From Eledone cirrhosa (taxonomy: Eukaryota), in contig OZ024746.1 in assembly GCA_964016885.1 (NCBI GenBank), forward strand, positions 94,922,001 to 94,986,000: a stretch of DNA of 64,000 bases. Direction: 5' to 3'. Below, piece after piece: positions 13,634 through 27,684 of this stretch. Each line of letters opens with the position of its first letter. Positions within the stretch are counted from its first letter, which is position 1. The position numbers and the translations under genes are program-made. The notes under the pieces are model-generated. The model made no database searches. It was not told where the DNA came from and worked only from the letters and a program-made list of their open reading frames with translations.

Positions 13634-13674
13634 ATGATATTAATAAATGGAAACTATATTTATAAAACCATATT

Positions 13675-13735
13675 TATTCTATTATATATATTTCAAGGGT
13701 ACCAAAACCTTGGTACGCTCTCATCAGATAAAATA
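13675..13735 (-). ncRNA. Type I hammerhead ribozyme motif (minimal palindromic stem III)
   Basis: UAUUUUAU-CUGAUGA-GAGcGUACCAA(gguu)UUGGUACcCUU-GAAA-UAUAUA-UA^-AUAGAAUA. Same family as 22227-22287. Confidence 0.75.
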
Positions 13736-13903
13736 CAAAGCTTGTTTTATAAATATTGACATATCCAGGAATGAGACCTTAACGGTTCAAGTTTTACCTG
13801 GATAATATCATTGATATTATACTCCAGAAAATATGTCGAGTGCTTCGAACCTGTTATAAATATATATATTTGTTGAATTACCAACAAATTAAATATCCCT
13901 TTG

Positions 13904-13941
<38 letters not shown>

Positions 13942-13944
<3 letters not shown>

Positions 13945-14143
13945 CGAAGGAAATGTGATAAGGAACCAAGTGGGCCATAACGCACCAAAGTACTCAATAC
14001 TTAGGGTAGTTGTGTGGGTAATAGGAACGAGTAGGACCCCAACGGCTGAGCTCAAGCCGTTTCGACGGCTAATTCTGGAGTAAATTTAGTCCAGAATTAC
14101 CCGTCGAAACGGCTTGAGCTCAGCCGTCGGGGTCCTACTCGTT

Positions 14144-14147
<4 letters not shown>
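13942..14147. mobile_element. Palindromic PLE-pLTR-like element in (TA)n
   Basis: About 60-bp inverted arms ataggaacgagtaggacccc..ggggtcctactcgttcctat plus a tail of about 75 bp. Copies at 34077, 43890 and 57963. Confidence 0.7.
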
Positions 14148-14215
<68 letters not shown>

Positions 14216-14243
14216 ATCAAAAGATGGTTAAAGGAGTTCCATG

Positions 14244-14314
14244 TATTTTATTATGCGCATTTCAAAAACAAACATCATCATGCAATAATATTTGTGTTTT
14301 CATCAGATAAAACA
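14244..14314 (-). ncRNA. Type I hammerhead ribozyme motif
   Basis: UGUUUUAU-CUGAUGA-AAAcACAAAUAUUA..UGAUGUUUGUuUUU-GAAA-UGCGCA-UA^-AUAAAAUA. Confidence 0.7.
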
Positions 14315-14569
14315 GGAGGACATGATATGAAGGCTAAAAAACACTCTCTCTCTCTATATATATATATAGAGAGAGAGAGTTAAATTATCGATCACTGTAT
14401 TACTAGACAGGTACTTTCTTTATTAACACCTCGAAATGATAACAGGCATGGTTGACCTCAGCAAGATTTGAACTTACTGCGCAGAGAGCTGTATGAATAT
14501 CAGAAACCATTCTATTCAAGTGTCAACCATTTGGCAGCCTTCTGAGTCAACAGAGACATGCCCACTAGG

Positions 14570-14805
14570 TGTACAATAGTATATGATAGTGTACATACTT
14601 AAATATGGAATGTTACGCGATGGGGCCTCCCTACAGCCCCGGCGGACAGGATGGAGAAGGCGTTCCCCCGGTTGACGGCAGAGAGACGCGCTGGAAAAGC
14701 CACTCCAACTCGTGGGGTACACACCTGCGGTTGGCCAGCTCAGCGTCTATGGTGGTGAGTAGGGAATTAGCCCTAGGGCCGAGGACACCAGAGGTCTCTA
14801 CGACG
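14570..14805 (-). mobile_element. CRE-clade 3' fragment
   Basis: Nucleotide match to 3750-3960 (VETSGVLG..WLFQRVSL). Confidence 0.75.
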
Positions 14806-14934
14806 TAGGAATGTTGGCTGTTATTTCTAGCAGGTCGACCGATAAAAAGGACGCCGCAACATGGTGTGGTAGTGGTGAGGGTGGGGTGGAAAAGAGGGCT
14901 GCGATAATGTTTGTGAAGATGGCAGTAGGATTGG

Positions 14935-15620
14935 TGGAGGTGATGTTGAGGTAGTGGTGCTGGTAGTGGTGGTGTATGGTATGTAGTGGTGCTAGTAGTG
15001 GTAGTGGTGGTGGTAGTGGTGCTAGTAGTGGTGGTGGTGGAGGTGGTGGCTGTTGTGGTGTTGATGGTGGTGATGGTGGAGGTGGTGGTGATGTTAATGG
15101 TGATGGTGGAGGTGATGTTGATGTTGTTGTTTGTGATGGTGGTGATGGTGGGGATGGTGGTGTTGTTTTTGATGGTGGTGGTGGTGATGGTGGTGGTGGT
15201 GATGATGGTGTTGATGATGGTGGTGATGATGGTGGTGGTGTTGGTGATGGTGGTGATGATGGTGGTGGTGTTGGTGATGGTGGTGATGATGGTGTAGGTG
15301 ATGGTGGTGATGGTGGTGTTGGTGATGGTGGTGATGATGGTGTTGATGATGGTGGTGATGATGGTGGTGGTGTTGGTGATGGTGGTGATGATGGTGTAGG
15401 TGATGGTGGTGATGATGTTGATGGTGGTGATGGTTGGTGTTGGTGACGGTGGTAATGGTGTTGGTGATGGTGGTAATGGTGGTGGTGATTATGGTGATGG
15501 TGGTGTTGTTTGTGATGGTGGTGATGGTAGTAGTGGTGATGGTGGTGATGGTAGTAGTGGTGATGGTGGGGATGGTAGTAGTGGTGATGGTGGGGATGGT
15601 AGTAGTGGTGTTGCTGATGA
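14935..15620. repeat. (GGT/GAT)n cryptic repeat
   Basis: Read directly. Confidence 0.9.
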
Positions 15621-15709
15621 CGTTAACTATAGTGAAAATTTATTAAAATTGAAAGTAGATTCACCTTAGCAAGCAATCAATCATCGTTATTTCCCAATGT
15701 CTGTACTGA

Positions 15710-15751
<42 letters not shown>

Positions 15752-15894
15752 TCTCATCAAGTTTCTCTCTCTCTCTCTCACGCTCTCTCTAAGTTTCTTT
15801 TGCTCTCTCTCTCTCTCTCTTCTCTCTCTCTTCTCTCTCCATCTCTCTCCCCCCTCTCTCTCCCCCTCCCCCCTCTCTCTTCTTTCTCTCTCGC

Positions 15895-15979
<85 letters not shown>

Positions 15980-16249
15980 ATATACTGTTGTACATATATA
16001 TATACTGTATATATATAAATGTACATAAATACACAAACGTGTATATGTCATTAGCTATATATATATATACATACTTATATACTTATATATACTTATATTA
16101 TATTTATATATACTTATATATACTTATATTTATATATACTTTTACTCTTTTACCTGTCTCAGCCATCCGGCTGAGGCCATGCTGGGGCACCGCCCTTTAT
16201 ATATATTTATATTTATATATACTTATATATACTTATATATATATATATA

Positions 16250-16314
16250 TATGTGTGTCTGTGTCTGTGTCTGTGTGTGTGTGCCTGTGTGTTTGTGTGT
16301 GTGTCTGTGTGTGT

Positions 16315-16355
<41 letters not shown>

Positions 16356-16372
16356 TCTGTGTCTGTGTCTGT

Positions 16373-16410
<38 letters not shown>

Positions 16411-16425
16411 GTGTGTGTGTGTGTC

Positions 16426-16469
<44 letters not shown>

Positions 16470-16642
16470 TGTGTCTGTGTGTCTGTGTGTGTGTGTGTGT
16501 GTGTGTGTCTGTGTCTGTGTCTGTGTGTCTGTGTGTGTGTGTGTCTGTGTGTGTGTCTGTGTCTGTGTGTCTGTGTCTGTGTGTCTGTGTATGTGTGTCT
16601 GTGTCTGTGTCTGTGTGTGTGTGTGTGTGTGTGTCTGTGTGT

Positions 16643-16676
<34 letters not shown>

Positions 16677-16690
16677 CTGTGTGTGTGTGT

Positions 16691-16731
<41 letters not shown>

Positions 16732-16742
16732 TGTCTGTGTGT

Positions 16743-16774
<32 letters not shown>

Positions 16775-16783
16775 CTGTGTGTC
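16250..16783. repeat. (GT)n/(GTCT) microsatellite
   Basis: Read directly. Confidence 0.95.
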
Positions 16784-17177
16784 TCCTTTTCTCTATTTAT
16801 AAATCTATCATTCTTTATCTACCACTTTTTCACTAGTTCTCCCCCCCCCCCCGCCTCATCTCTTTCTCTCCCCCACCTCTCGCTCCCCCTCGCTCTCTCC
16901 ATCCCGCTCTCTGTCGCTTCCACCTCTCTCTCTCGCTTCCCCTTTCTCTCTCGCTCACCTCTCTCTCTCTCTCTCACTTCCCCCCTCTCTCTCTCTCTCA
17001 CTTTCTTTGCCATATTTCATGTCGTTTCAATTAGTATCGTAAAACAGTTGACAATTGTACCTCTTATCTCATCTCTTGCTGTCTAACGCCCCACCCCCTC
17101 TCTCCCTCTCTCCATCTCCCCTCTCTCTCCCTCTCTCTCTTCCTCTCTCCTCTCTCCTCTTCTCTCTATCTGACATA

Positions 17178-17921
17178 TACACACACAGACACACACACAC
17201 AGACACACACACAAGAGTCAAACACACACACACACACACACATACAGACACACACAGTCAAACATACAGAGACATACACACACACAAGAGTCAAACACAC
17301 ACACACACACACATACAGACACACACAGTCAAATACACACAGTCAGACACACACACAGTCAAACACACACAGTCAGACACACACACAGTCAGACACACAC
17401 ACACAGTCAGACACACACACACACAGTCATTCACACAGTCAGACACACACAGTCAGACACACACACACAGTCAGACACACACACAGTCAAACACACACAC
17501 AGTCAGACACACACAGTCAGACACACACACAGTCAAACACACACAGTCAGACACACACACAGTCAGACACACACACACAGTCAGACACACACACACACAG
17601 TCATTCACACACAGTCAGACACACACAGTCAGACACACACACACAGTCAGACACACACACAGTCAAACACACACACAGTCAGATACACACACAGTCAGAT
17701 ACATACACAGTCAGACACACACACAGTCAGACACACACACACAGTCAGACACACACACACACACAGTCATTCACACAGTCAGACACACACAGTCAGACAC
17801 ACACACACAGTCAGACACACACACAGTCAAACACACACACAGTCAGACACACACAGTCAGACACACACAGTCAGACACACACACACAGTCAGACACACAC
17901 AGTAGACACACACATACACAC
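17178..17921. repeat. (AGTCAG(AC)n) minisatellite
   Basis: Tandem agtcagacacacacac variants. Confidence 0.95.
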
Positions 17922-18326
17922 TAATATTTCTTTAATCTATTTCCCTCTAAGACGTGTATTTTTTTCTGTTATTTTCTCAGCGGAACATATTCCGTCTCTA
18001 GTCATACACACAAAATAATCCAATAAGGTTGTGTGCAGGGGGTGGGCAAAGGGAGCAATTGCCCCGGGGCCCCTGTAGTGGGGATGGTGGGGTGGGGTCA
18101 CGGGCAACGCTCGTAGCAATTTATTTGTGCCTTCAAATTGGATTTTTAGTTTTGGGATGGTTAGAAGTTTTTAATCTAATACCTGTCTGTATAACTTTTC
18201 AATTCCAGTTACTTGCACCAAGTTAACTTTGATATGTAAAATGGGGGGGGGGGGGCTATGTATTCTAATTTTTTGTGTTCGAGGAGCTCCCAAACCTGAA
18301 GTGCTCCGGGTCCCCAAGGTCTAAAT

Positions 18327-18631
18327 CAGGCATGGGCAACCTGAAGCGGGCTGCGTGAGATATGGCTCATCATCAGGCGGACCGCAAGCGTTAATTTACA
18401 TTCGTGCCCACATTAAAAAAAAGGGACGTAACTCAGGTGTTTTGTTTGTTTATTCAGAATTCGTACACGTTGTTTTCCTCGATCGTAAAAATGATAGAAA
18501 GATAAATTACGACTGAAAAGTTGGGGTAAAAAAATCAGAAAGATTCCACTTAGGTGACTTCGCGGGCCATTCAGAAAGCCATTGAGAAAGCCATTCAGAA
18601 AGCTTCGCCGGCCGCAGGTTGCCCATGACTG
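18327..18631. mobile_element. Non-autonomous hAT (Charlie/Buster-type) MITE
   Basis: TIRs caggcatgggcaacctg / caggttgcccatgactg. Perfect 8-bp TSD gtctaaat on both sides. Confidence 0.9.
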
Positions 18632-18764
18632 GTCTAAATCCAACCCTGGTTGTGTGGCATTCATGACTTTTCCAATATCATTAGCATTATGAATGAAGTT
18701 GGCTTTCATCAGAATCTCTAATTAGGTCACACATTTCATTGAACAGATATTGTCGTTGGACCTC

Positions 18765-19050
18765 CGTCAGTTACAACGACGAATGTTCCAGTTGATTCGA
18801 TCACCGAAGCAGCCTTCTTGTGAAATTAACGTATAAGTTCCTGAGCCTTCCCCAAACACGTGTACACTTAACGTGGTTATCCAGGAGATTTTAGCGTGAC
18901 ACAATGTGTCACGACACGGTTGGGCCTTTGTGTTACAGGTACAATGCATTTTAGAAGTCAGAATAACATAAAATAAAGTGTCTTGTTCAAGGACACAACG
19001 TGCCACCAGAAATCGAACACATGACTTTAGGATCCCGAGCCAAAGCCACG
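18765..19050 (-). mobile_element. SINE family B
   Basis: aaataaagtgtcttgttcaaggacacaacg core and family body matching 53860-54160. Confidence 0.7.
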
Positions 19051-19624
19051 TGGATATTTAACACTTGTACGACTGTCAGTCTACATTACTTAAATTCTTG
19101 ATTTTTTTTCATCTTATCATAATTTCTGTATATTTTAGGTTAAATGGAATTGTGAGTATGTGGTGATCATAAATTCCCAAGCTGTCTATTGAATCAGTTT
19201 TAGAGTATTTACTGGGATCTCGGAAAATAACTTCATATATTGACAGAAGGTAAGTAATCTTTAAAGAAATGTGGTACTATTTTAGCATATAATCTACACC
19301 ATTATTCCTATTCTACGCAGGATGAAAACTTAACATTTCTACCGGGTTAGGACTAAAGTTGGGGTTCTGGTTAATGTTAATGTTAGGGTAATTGTTAATG
19401 TTTTTGTTAGTGTTAATGACTGGGTTAGTGTTAAGGTTAGTGTTAGTGTTAAGGTTAGGGTTAGGTGTTAATGTTTGTGCCTCTGCTAGTTTCAGAATTC
19501 TCCCTCTACTCTATTTTTTTTATTGGCAGTCATTTGCTAAAACCCTTTTTAGGGAAAACTACTATTTGTTATTGATGACACTACCTGTCAACACCAATTT
19601 AACTAACTCGCTAATCTGGTATAT

Positions 19625-20330
19625 GTAACCTTTGGGCGCCGGGAATGATGCATACAGCTTCCAGTAGCCGGGTACCTGTCTATGGAGCCGTACAGATCAC
19701 AAATTTGTGATTTGAGCAGTCTATCACTTTAAATTGTAAAAAACCTGTGCTATCCGTATCTACTGCTCTAAAACATACCCTATCTAGACACGATCTGAAT
19801 AGGATATGATCTAATACTGCTCGACCAGGCCCATACCTGCAGATCTGGGGAATCCAGTAGATACCTTTCAGACAGTTGGAAGTGTCTGAGAAATTTTGCG
19901 AGGCTTTTGTAGCCCCACACAATCCCAGCTGGTATCCAAGATATCGTTCCAGTTGTCCACTAACACTAAAGGGCAGGTTTTTTCTAGAAAGCTGTCCAGA
20001 CACCACTAGCTTGACGCATGTCCTTCATTGATGATCGTCCTTCCCCTGTCGGGCTTTAGATGGCCACATGACTGATGGGATGTTCTTTGCTGTGGGTCAC
20101 GTCCAGCACCACCGAATTATCTTCTGAGTCCGGAAAGATGCGAGGTAAAGGCTTTTCCAAAACAACTCAGCGAATCCGCCTCACAGTCACTGGTGGCTTG
20201 GAAATTCTAAACATGATGATGGCCACCGTATCTACATTTAGTGGCCTGAAATCGTTGAGTCGATAGCCTCGCTTCCAACGCGACCCAGGCCACATCCATT
20301 TACATTGCCTATTCTCAGTAAGGCCATATT
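19625..20330 (-). mobile_element. Tx1-like LINE endonuclease fragment
   Basis: RSCLDRVCFR..SNHKFVICT followed by QVPGYWKLYAS. Homologous to the 11035 element. Confidence 0.6.
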
Positions 20331-20376
20331 GGATAAAGGAATTTTAAAATGTGTATGTCTTGTTTGGTTTTGATGA

Positions 20377-20438
<62 letters not shown>

Positions 20439-20588
20439 CCTCTTTTCCTACTACTTACGGAATCACTGAAGTGTTTCCGTGTTGCCTCATCGTTGACTTC
20501 CGTCGGGCTCTTCCGCCAGTTTCCGATTGCCGACAGGTTCAAGTGGGCAATGTCAAAATTATTTCACACACACACCATACATACATAA

Positions 20589-20642
<54 letters not shown>

Positions 20643-20736
20643 GTTTGTTTTTCTTTATTACTACTTCATCATCAGACAATCTTAAATAGGGTATGTCTAT
20701 TTTAAATACATGGTTGAGGCAATGAGTGAGTGCATT

Positions 20737-21174
<438 letters not shown>

Positions 21175-21189
21175 CGTGTGTGTGTGTTT

Positions 21190-21601
21190 GAAATACACCT
21201 ACGTCTTGGGGTTCGTGATATCCACCCACAACAAAAACCATACACCCATCTTATAACAAGATTATGGCACAAATAATTCACCTCAACTGGTCCCGTTCTA
21301 TTTAACATTTCACCAAAACACATAAAAACAGAAACGGGTCCCATAAAATTCACAATTCCTTTGGACAAATTTCCTCCAAGAAATTCAGGATAAATTCCCT
21401 ATACCTAGATACGTCTCAGAAAATAATAACTCTTTACTTGCGTGTGCCATGTTGTCCAAATCATTATTTGAAAGACTTCTCTAGGTGGTGCTATTAAGTT
21501 AGACATGGTCAGGGCCAATACTGGCCGAAACCTATCAAAGTTATTAAAGTTATATAAATATATATAAATATATATATATATATTTATGCACACACACCCA
21601 T

Positions 21602-21635
<34 letters not shown>

Positions 21636-21835
21636 TTATGCACACACACCCATACACACACACACATATATATATATATATAGTAGTAGTAGTAATAATA
21701 AATGTGAAGACTAAAATCCGAAGAGGGCTCGATAAGGATAATATATATATCAAATAAATAGAAACTATAGAGCAAATATTTAGAGTACTCAACCGAGGGA
21801 GCCAAATATATATATATATAAACTTTAATCTGTTA

Positions 21836-21913
<78 letters not shown>

Positions 21914-22330
21914 TATGTATACGTACGTACATATATGTATACAGACGTACAGTAGTATGTATATATACATACATGCACACATATATATATGTACGTATGG
22001 ATATATGGACATACATATATATCCTAATAATTATTTAAATCTACCTAGCGTCTAAAAATAACGTTTTTTTCACTCCTATACCTCAACCTCATTTGCATAT
22101 TCATCTTAATAATTTGAAATATTTGACTTTTCCTTTCTTTCCCCTGTTTCCTTTTACTATCCAGGACAAACTTGAACTGTTGAGATCTCCTTCCTGGATA
22201 TATCAATATTTATAAAACAAACTTTGTATTTTATCTGATGAGAGCGTACCAAAGTGTTGGTACCCTTGAAATATATATAATAGAATAGATATGGTTTTAT
22301 AAATATAGTTTCCATTTATTAATATCATTT
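21190..22330 (+). mobile_element. Possible highly decayed Penelope-like element 3' part ending in a hammerhead-bearing repeat
   Basis: Weak GIY-YIG-region-like peptides (YLRVPCCPNHY; QPHLHIHLNNLKYLTFPF). 22160-22330 is an inverted copy of 13632-13805. Confidence 0.35.
22227..22287 (+). ncRNA. Type I hammerhead ribozyme motif
   Basis: UAUUUUAU-CUGAUGA-GAGcGUACCAA(agug)UUGGUACcCUU-GAAA-UAUAUA-UA^-AUAGAAUA. Predicted cut after 22279. Confidence 0.75.
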
Positions 22331-22775
22331 ATATATATATATATGTGTGTGTGTGTGTAGTGAGGGAGAGAGTGTGTGTGTGTAGTGAGAGAGAGAGAGA
22401 GTGTGTGTGTGTTAGAGATGGTGTGGGAGAGAATGATTGAAAGTTGGCGGTTTAGGGGTTTATTTTCAGTTATGAGTAATTCATATTTAACATAACATGT
22501 GCGAAGGATGTTCCAATGAACTGTACTTCTTTCTAAGTCATGGATGTCACATTTCACCTGTTTTAACACCATCACTGGTCACTTGAGTAGGTTTAACTGC
22601 GGATTCCATTCGAGAAAGCCGTGTCTACCAACACACACAGACCTATGATCATATTACAATTACCTTCATTCAGTATATATAGGGCTATCTAAGACTCCAT
22701 TATCTTATGTCTCCTTCCATCTGTTAAGATTTAGTGTTTCATTTGAGATAAACTTTGCTTTAGTCTTTTAGGATG

Positions 22776-22950
22776 TACGTTACCCTATATATACTATTGT
22801 ATTTTCATGGTAAAGGCTTTATCTCACATAACATTTACGTTACCCTATATATACTATTGTATTTTCATGGTAAAGGCTTTATCTCACATAACATTTACGT
22901 TACCCTATATATACTATTGTATTTTCATGGTAAAGCTTTTCTTACATAAT
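22776..22950. repeat. 60-bp tandem repeat, about 2.8 copies
   Basis: tacgttaccctatatatactattgtattttcatggtaaaggctttatctcacataacatt repeated. Confidence 0.9.
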
Positions 22951-23249
22951 TATCGCACATAATATTGAATCTATGAGATTTTGATATTATTCATTTTGAG
23001 AACAATATCTTAACATAAGTATGAGTGGCCAGTTATGGCCAGTTTGAACAGAAGAGGAGAGAGAATTCTGACCGGATATGGCCGGTTTAAAAGCTAAAGG
23101 GTTAAATTCAAGCAAAACATGTCACAACACAGAATCTCCTTCGTTACTTCGTTGTTGTTGTTTAGCCGAAAGTCAACACTGATGAAGCAGGCATATTATC
23201 ACAGGTGTTCTAGCTGCTCTGAACATCTTGTTTTGTCTTGGGCTCGGTG

Positions 23250-23440
23250 GTTCACCAGGCCGGTGCTTATCTCGGTTTCATGGCATGAAGCGAGTGAGAG
23301 TACACGACTCCCGCCTGGACAGGGCGCCAGTCCATCACAGGGTTAAACCCCCAGCTATTGCTGGTACTTATTTTCAGCTGAGTGTACTGCAACAAGGTGA
23401 AATGAAGTGTTTTGCTCAAGAACACAACACGCAACCTAGC
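23250..23440 (-). mobile_element. CORE-type SINE (family B variant)
   Basis: gtgaaatgaagtgttttgctcaagaacacaac core. Inverted match to 35300-35530. Confidence 0.7.
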
Positions 23441-23742
23441 CCATAATATATATAGTTTAGATGAGTTGATAACATAACCATATAAGGCAAAGAATAATTC
23501 AAAACTAAAATGTGATTTTACTATCCACAGCAAGATAGGTAAAAGACAGTTCAGAGTTTAATCCAATCAGTTAATTTCCAATCACAGTAGTTTTACAATA
23601 TCACATTCGATATATAAAATAATAAAATAACCAAGATTAAATGACATTAAATTATTTAATTAAGATACGAACGTTTCTATCAATACAGTAAGATGTTCTA
23701 TTGTTTTCTTCTTTACTGATTTCTTCAGCATCCATTAAATAA

Positions 23743-23835
<93 letters not shown>

Positions 23836-23838
<3 letters not shown>

Positions 23839-24149
23839 ACATTAATAAAGATGCTGATGTTACAAAAATCGTTTATTCATTATAATTATTTCAACGGTTC
23901 TCCCATGCAATCAAGATGTAATTCATGCATTTGTTATTGTTATGAGAGTTGTATCCTCTGCTGGACGCACGAGCAAAAGGACATGCTTTTCCTACCGGCA
24001 GCATATCACAAAATCGAATTTCATCTGAGGATACCACTCTCATAACAACAACAAATCCATGAATTACATCTTGATTGCATGGGAGAACCGTTGAAATAAT
24101 TTAAATGAATAAATGATTTTTGTAACATCAACATCTTTATTAATGTTAT
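23836..24149. mobile_element. Fold-back element (about 120-bp arms) with a degenerate hammerhead at 24020-24109
   Basis: Arms 23836-23958 and 24026-24149. UUCAU-CUGAGGA-(long stem II)-GAAA-UAAUUUAA-AUGAA. The left arm retains GAAAUAAUUAUA^AUGAA. Confidence 0.65.
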
Positions 24150-24157
24150 TATTATAC

Positions 24158-24340
24158 TGGATTGGCAGTATCGGTAGAGGGTCAGACGCCATGCTTTCCA
24201 GCATAGTTACGTCCCTTTACGATCTGAGTTCAAATCCCGCCGAGGTTGACTTTGCCTTTCATCCTTACGGGGTCGATAAAATAAAGTACCAGTAATGCAC
24301 TGGGTAATTGCTGGCCTTGTGCCAATAGTAGAAACAATTA
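24158..24340 (+). mobile_element. SINE family A, near full length
   Basis: tggattggcagtatcggtagag A-box region, gagttcaaatcc B-box, central domain and tail. Confidence 0.9.
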
Positions 24341-25292
24341 TTATACTGAATCTCCATCTCGTACTACACACTACGAATGTTGAGAGCTTTCTCCTGTTTT
24401 TACCAAAATAACCTCTTCGGAACGTGTTAGCCGTCGAAACGGCCTGAGCTCTGCCGTCGGGGTCATACTTTTTCCTATATATATATATATGGGGGGGGGG
24501 GGGATTCTAGTTTTATAATTTTATAAATGTTTACCAATAGAGAGAGAGTCGGTTTCTAACATAGATAAAAGACACTTTCATTGGAATTTAGACATCAACC
24601 AGGTAGATATGTATGTGTGTGCAGGTATGGATGTTATTGCATGTGTGGATGTGTATGTCTTGAGTTGTATGTGTACATGTGCATATGTTTTAGTTATTAC
24701 ATGCAGAATCTTTTGGAATGTTTTACATATTTTTGCTGTTTCATTATGGATTGTACTTGTAATTTCCTAACAAGTCACGCGTATGCATGTACGTATGCAT
24801 GTATGTATACACGTATGTATGTATACACGTATGTAGGAGAAGGAAAACTCTGATATAACACTTGCAATCCTGATGGTATCCAATGATGTTGACTTGTTCT
24901 TTTTGGTAAATATCATCTTGGTTAAGAGAGTGGGACTGGCTTTGTGCAGTGCCTTTGCTCACTATAAAAGCTTCACGGCACAGGCATTGCTTTCCATCTG
25001 GAGATCTCTCTGTACTTGTCACATGGTACCATGGGCCCAGCACTATGTGTCAATAATTGTCACAAGTGTAGTGTTTGTACCAGAGTTTTCAAGTCGCTGG
25101 CTGGACTAAAAAGTCACACTCGTTCAGCGCATCGGTAGGGGTTCTCCTACATGGATATAAAGTAGTGGCCGTACTCGAAAACGAGTTGGCAGCCACCACC
25201 ATGTATGTATGTATGTATACACGTATGTATGTAATTTTGTGGAGACTATCCAGAAATTTTAAGGGATTATACGTTCCAATGAAAATCTTACA

Positions 25293-25329
<37 letters not shown>

Positions 25330-26505
25330 ATTTTAAAACTGCTTCCAACATCGGAGGCGAAATATATTGTGGAGGATCTGCCAACTCTAAATATGGTCTT
25401 TCAATACATGGAAGCAACCAGAAGATTCAACAAAATAAATATTTAACTATTGTATAACTCTATTTTTTTTCTTTTACTTTTTCTTTATTTTCGCTTTCTC
25501 TCTCTCTCTCACCCTCTCACTTTTGGTTTTGTTTTGGTTTTAATCATAAGGGGAATTATCTACCTTTCCCAGTTTGTTATAGCCTGCCTACCTGTTCTTC
25601 GAGAACGTATAATTTGTCTAAATAGATGAATAAAATTTATGTACTTCTTCCTGATGAAAACAGAATTATAAGACAGTAGGGTGTGATTTAATGAGGATTT
25701 AGCAGCTATTTCTAGCAGCTCCAAGACACAGCATAGCGGCTCTTCTGTTAGCTCTTCGTTGACATGTGTTTGCATTAGCGACAAATAAGAAATTGTAAGT
25801 TTCGCACATACGCTTATATTTTATTGTAAAATTTTCGTAAGTTATATTCAAAGATTTGAAAACGGATGATCATTAAATGGCTTCAAACGAAAGGATTTTC
25901 TTCTACGATATCTGATAATTTCTGAACTAAAAGTTACTACAAAGTCAATGTTGATGTTTATTTTGTTGCTTTCTTAGGTTTTGGTTTGCAATGTTTATCA
26001 AAGTTGCTCAAGTGTCTACATCCGGTGTTGTTATCTGAGAACCACCATGATAAAATAATAATAACAATCATTATAAAAACAGTAAGGATAGAAATAATAA
26101 TGATAATAATAACAGTAGCGACTACAACAACAACAATAACAATAATTATTATAAAGAAGCTCCACCCATCCACTTACAAAAAAAAAAAAAAATACAGTAA
26201 TATAAGTTGGTTCTACATGAAGTTTACCATAAATTATCAGAAAAAATTCCAATGTGTCAGGTAAATTTATTTTTTCTGTTTTAACTGTTTTCAAATTTTG
26301 TTATTTATATTTTTATTTTTATATCCCATTCGTTGTGGAAACTGAAACTCTGTAAATTTATTCCTCAAATTTTCTCTTTTTTTTTTCTTTCTTTCTTTAC
26401 TTTCAAATTGGAATTTACCTGGGGAAAAAAAAAAAGAAAACAGGTAATTTACAAAATTTTAACCAATTAAATAAGCATGAGTATTTAAAATTTTGGTTAG
26501 AGGTT

Positions 26506-26583
<78 letters not shown>

Positions 26584-26664
26584 CTAAGTATTTCCGTGGA
26601 AAATGTAAAGGAGAGAAGAGTGCTCTATGTATAGTACAGAGCTATTTAAGATTTCTATCTGATG

Positions 26665-26820
26665 AGCAAATATTTCTTATAAGAACAGATTAAAGTTTAA
26701 GAAAAGAATCGCTGCTTTCACTCCTAACGGAATCTTCTGAATCTAAAAAAAGATCCCGTTAAGAGTGAAAGCCGCGATTCTTTGCTTAAACTTAAATCTG
26801 TTCTTATAATAAATATTTGC
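26665..26820. repeat. About 70-bp-arm inverted repeat element
   Basis: gcaaatatttcttataagaacagatt..aatctgttcttataataaatatttgc. Related hairpin at 32859-32971. Confidence 0.7.
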
Positions 26821-26894
26821 TTTACGGCTTTATATATATTATATATATATTCATTATGGAGCCCTCTTTACATTTATTATTTGACGCATTGAGT

Positions 26895-27023
26895 TAAGGC
26901 CCTTGCCATTCTGAGTTCAAATCCCGCCGAGGTTAACTTTGCCTTTCATCCTTACGGGGTCGATAAAATAAAGTACCAGTAATGCACTGGGTAATTGCTA
27001 GCCTTGTGCCAAAAGTAGAAACA

Positions 27024-27025
<2 letters not shown>
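26895..27025 (+). mobile_element. SINE family A, 5'-truncated
   Basis: Matches the family consensus. Confidence 0.85.
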
Positions 27026-27087
<62 letters not shown>

Positions 27088-27684
27088 GGCTTCAGTTTCC
27101 TTTTTCGGTTTTAGTTTTGAAGTTTAAACTTTGGAATGACCTCCGTCGGTTTCGATGATGATGACTGTTCCATTCGTTCGACCAATGGAACGGCTGACTC
27201 ATGAAATAAACGTGCTCGGGGTGTCGGCAACCTGCAACTCTTTAACCACTTTGCTGCGGCTCGCAGCAGAGCCTTGAAATAATGGAAATTGAACAGTTTC
27301 ATTTTTGTTGCTTTATCAATATGTTTTGTCGCACAGTTAACGTTTGAGATGATTCAGTGAGATTGAAAAAAATTGAATATTTGTCCCCTCAAATACATGT
27401 CACATACTCAGGTTTAGATTTAGACCTTGGGGCTCCCCAAGGCACTTCAGATTTGGGAAGGAGGCCTCACACACAAAACATTAGAATACACAGCAAGACC
27501 CCAATCTTACACATCAAAGTTATTTGGCGCAAATAATTGGAATTGAAAAGTTATACAGTTAGGTATTAAATTCAAAAATGTTAACCATCTTAAAACTAAA
27601 AAGCCCGACTGAGGACACAAATAAATTGCTACGTCCGTCGCTGGTGGGGTCCCCCTTTCCCCCCCCCCATTAAATCCGAAATCA

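Noticed and set aside
15778-17924. CV-, HT- and YI-rich ORFs (also throughout the window)
   Set aside because: Dinucleotide repeat artefacts.
19380-19470. Telomere-like ttaggg runs (also cctaaccctaaccc near 51611)
   Set aside because: Only 2-3 imperfect units, a common simple repeat.
21505-21550. ggcc-aatact-ggcc-GAAAC as a hammerhead
   Set aside because: CUGANGA is absent and the stems do not close; at best a decayed relic.
22128-22230. Strong polypyrimidine-CAG acceptor at 22164 as a host exon
   Set aside because: The downstream sequence is a repeat (inverted copy at 13632-13805) and no donor is evident.
25978-26260. Coding exon (acceptor ttcttag, donor gtaaat, open frame)
   Set aside because: Mostly AAT/AAC low-complexity with a weak donor, so the open frame is unconvincing.
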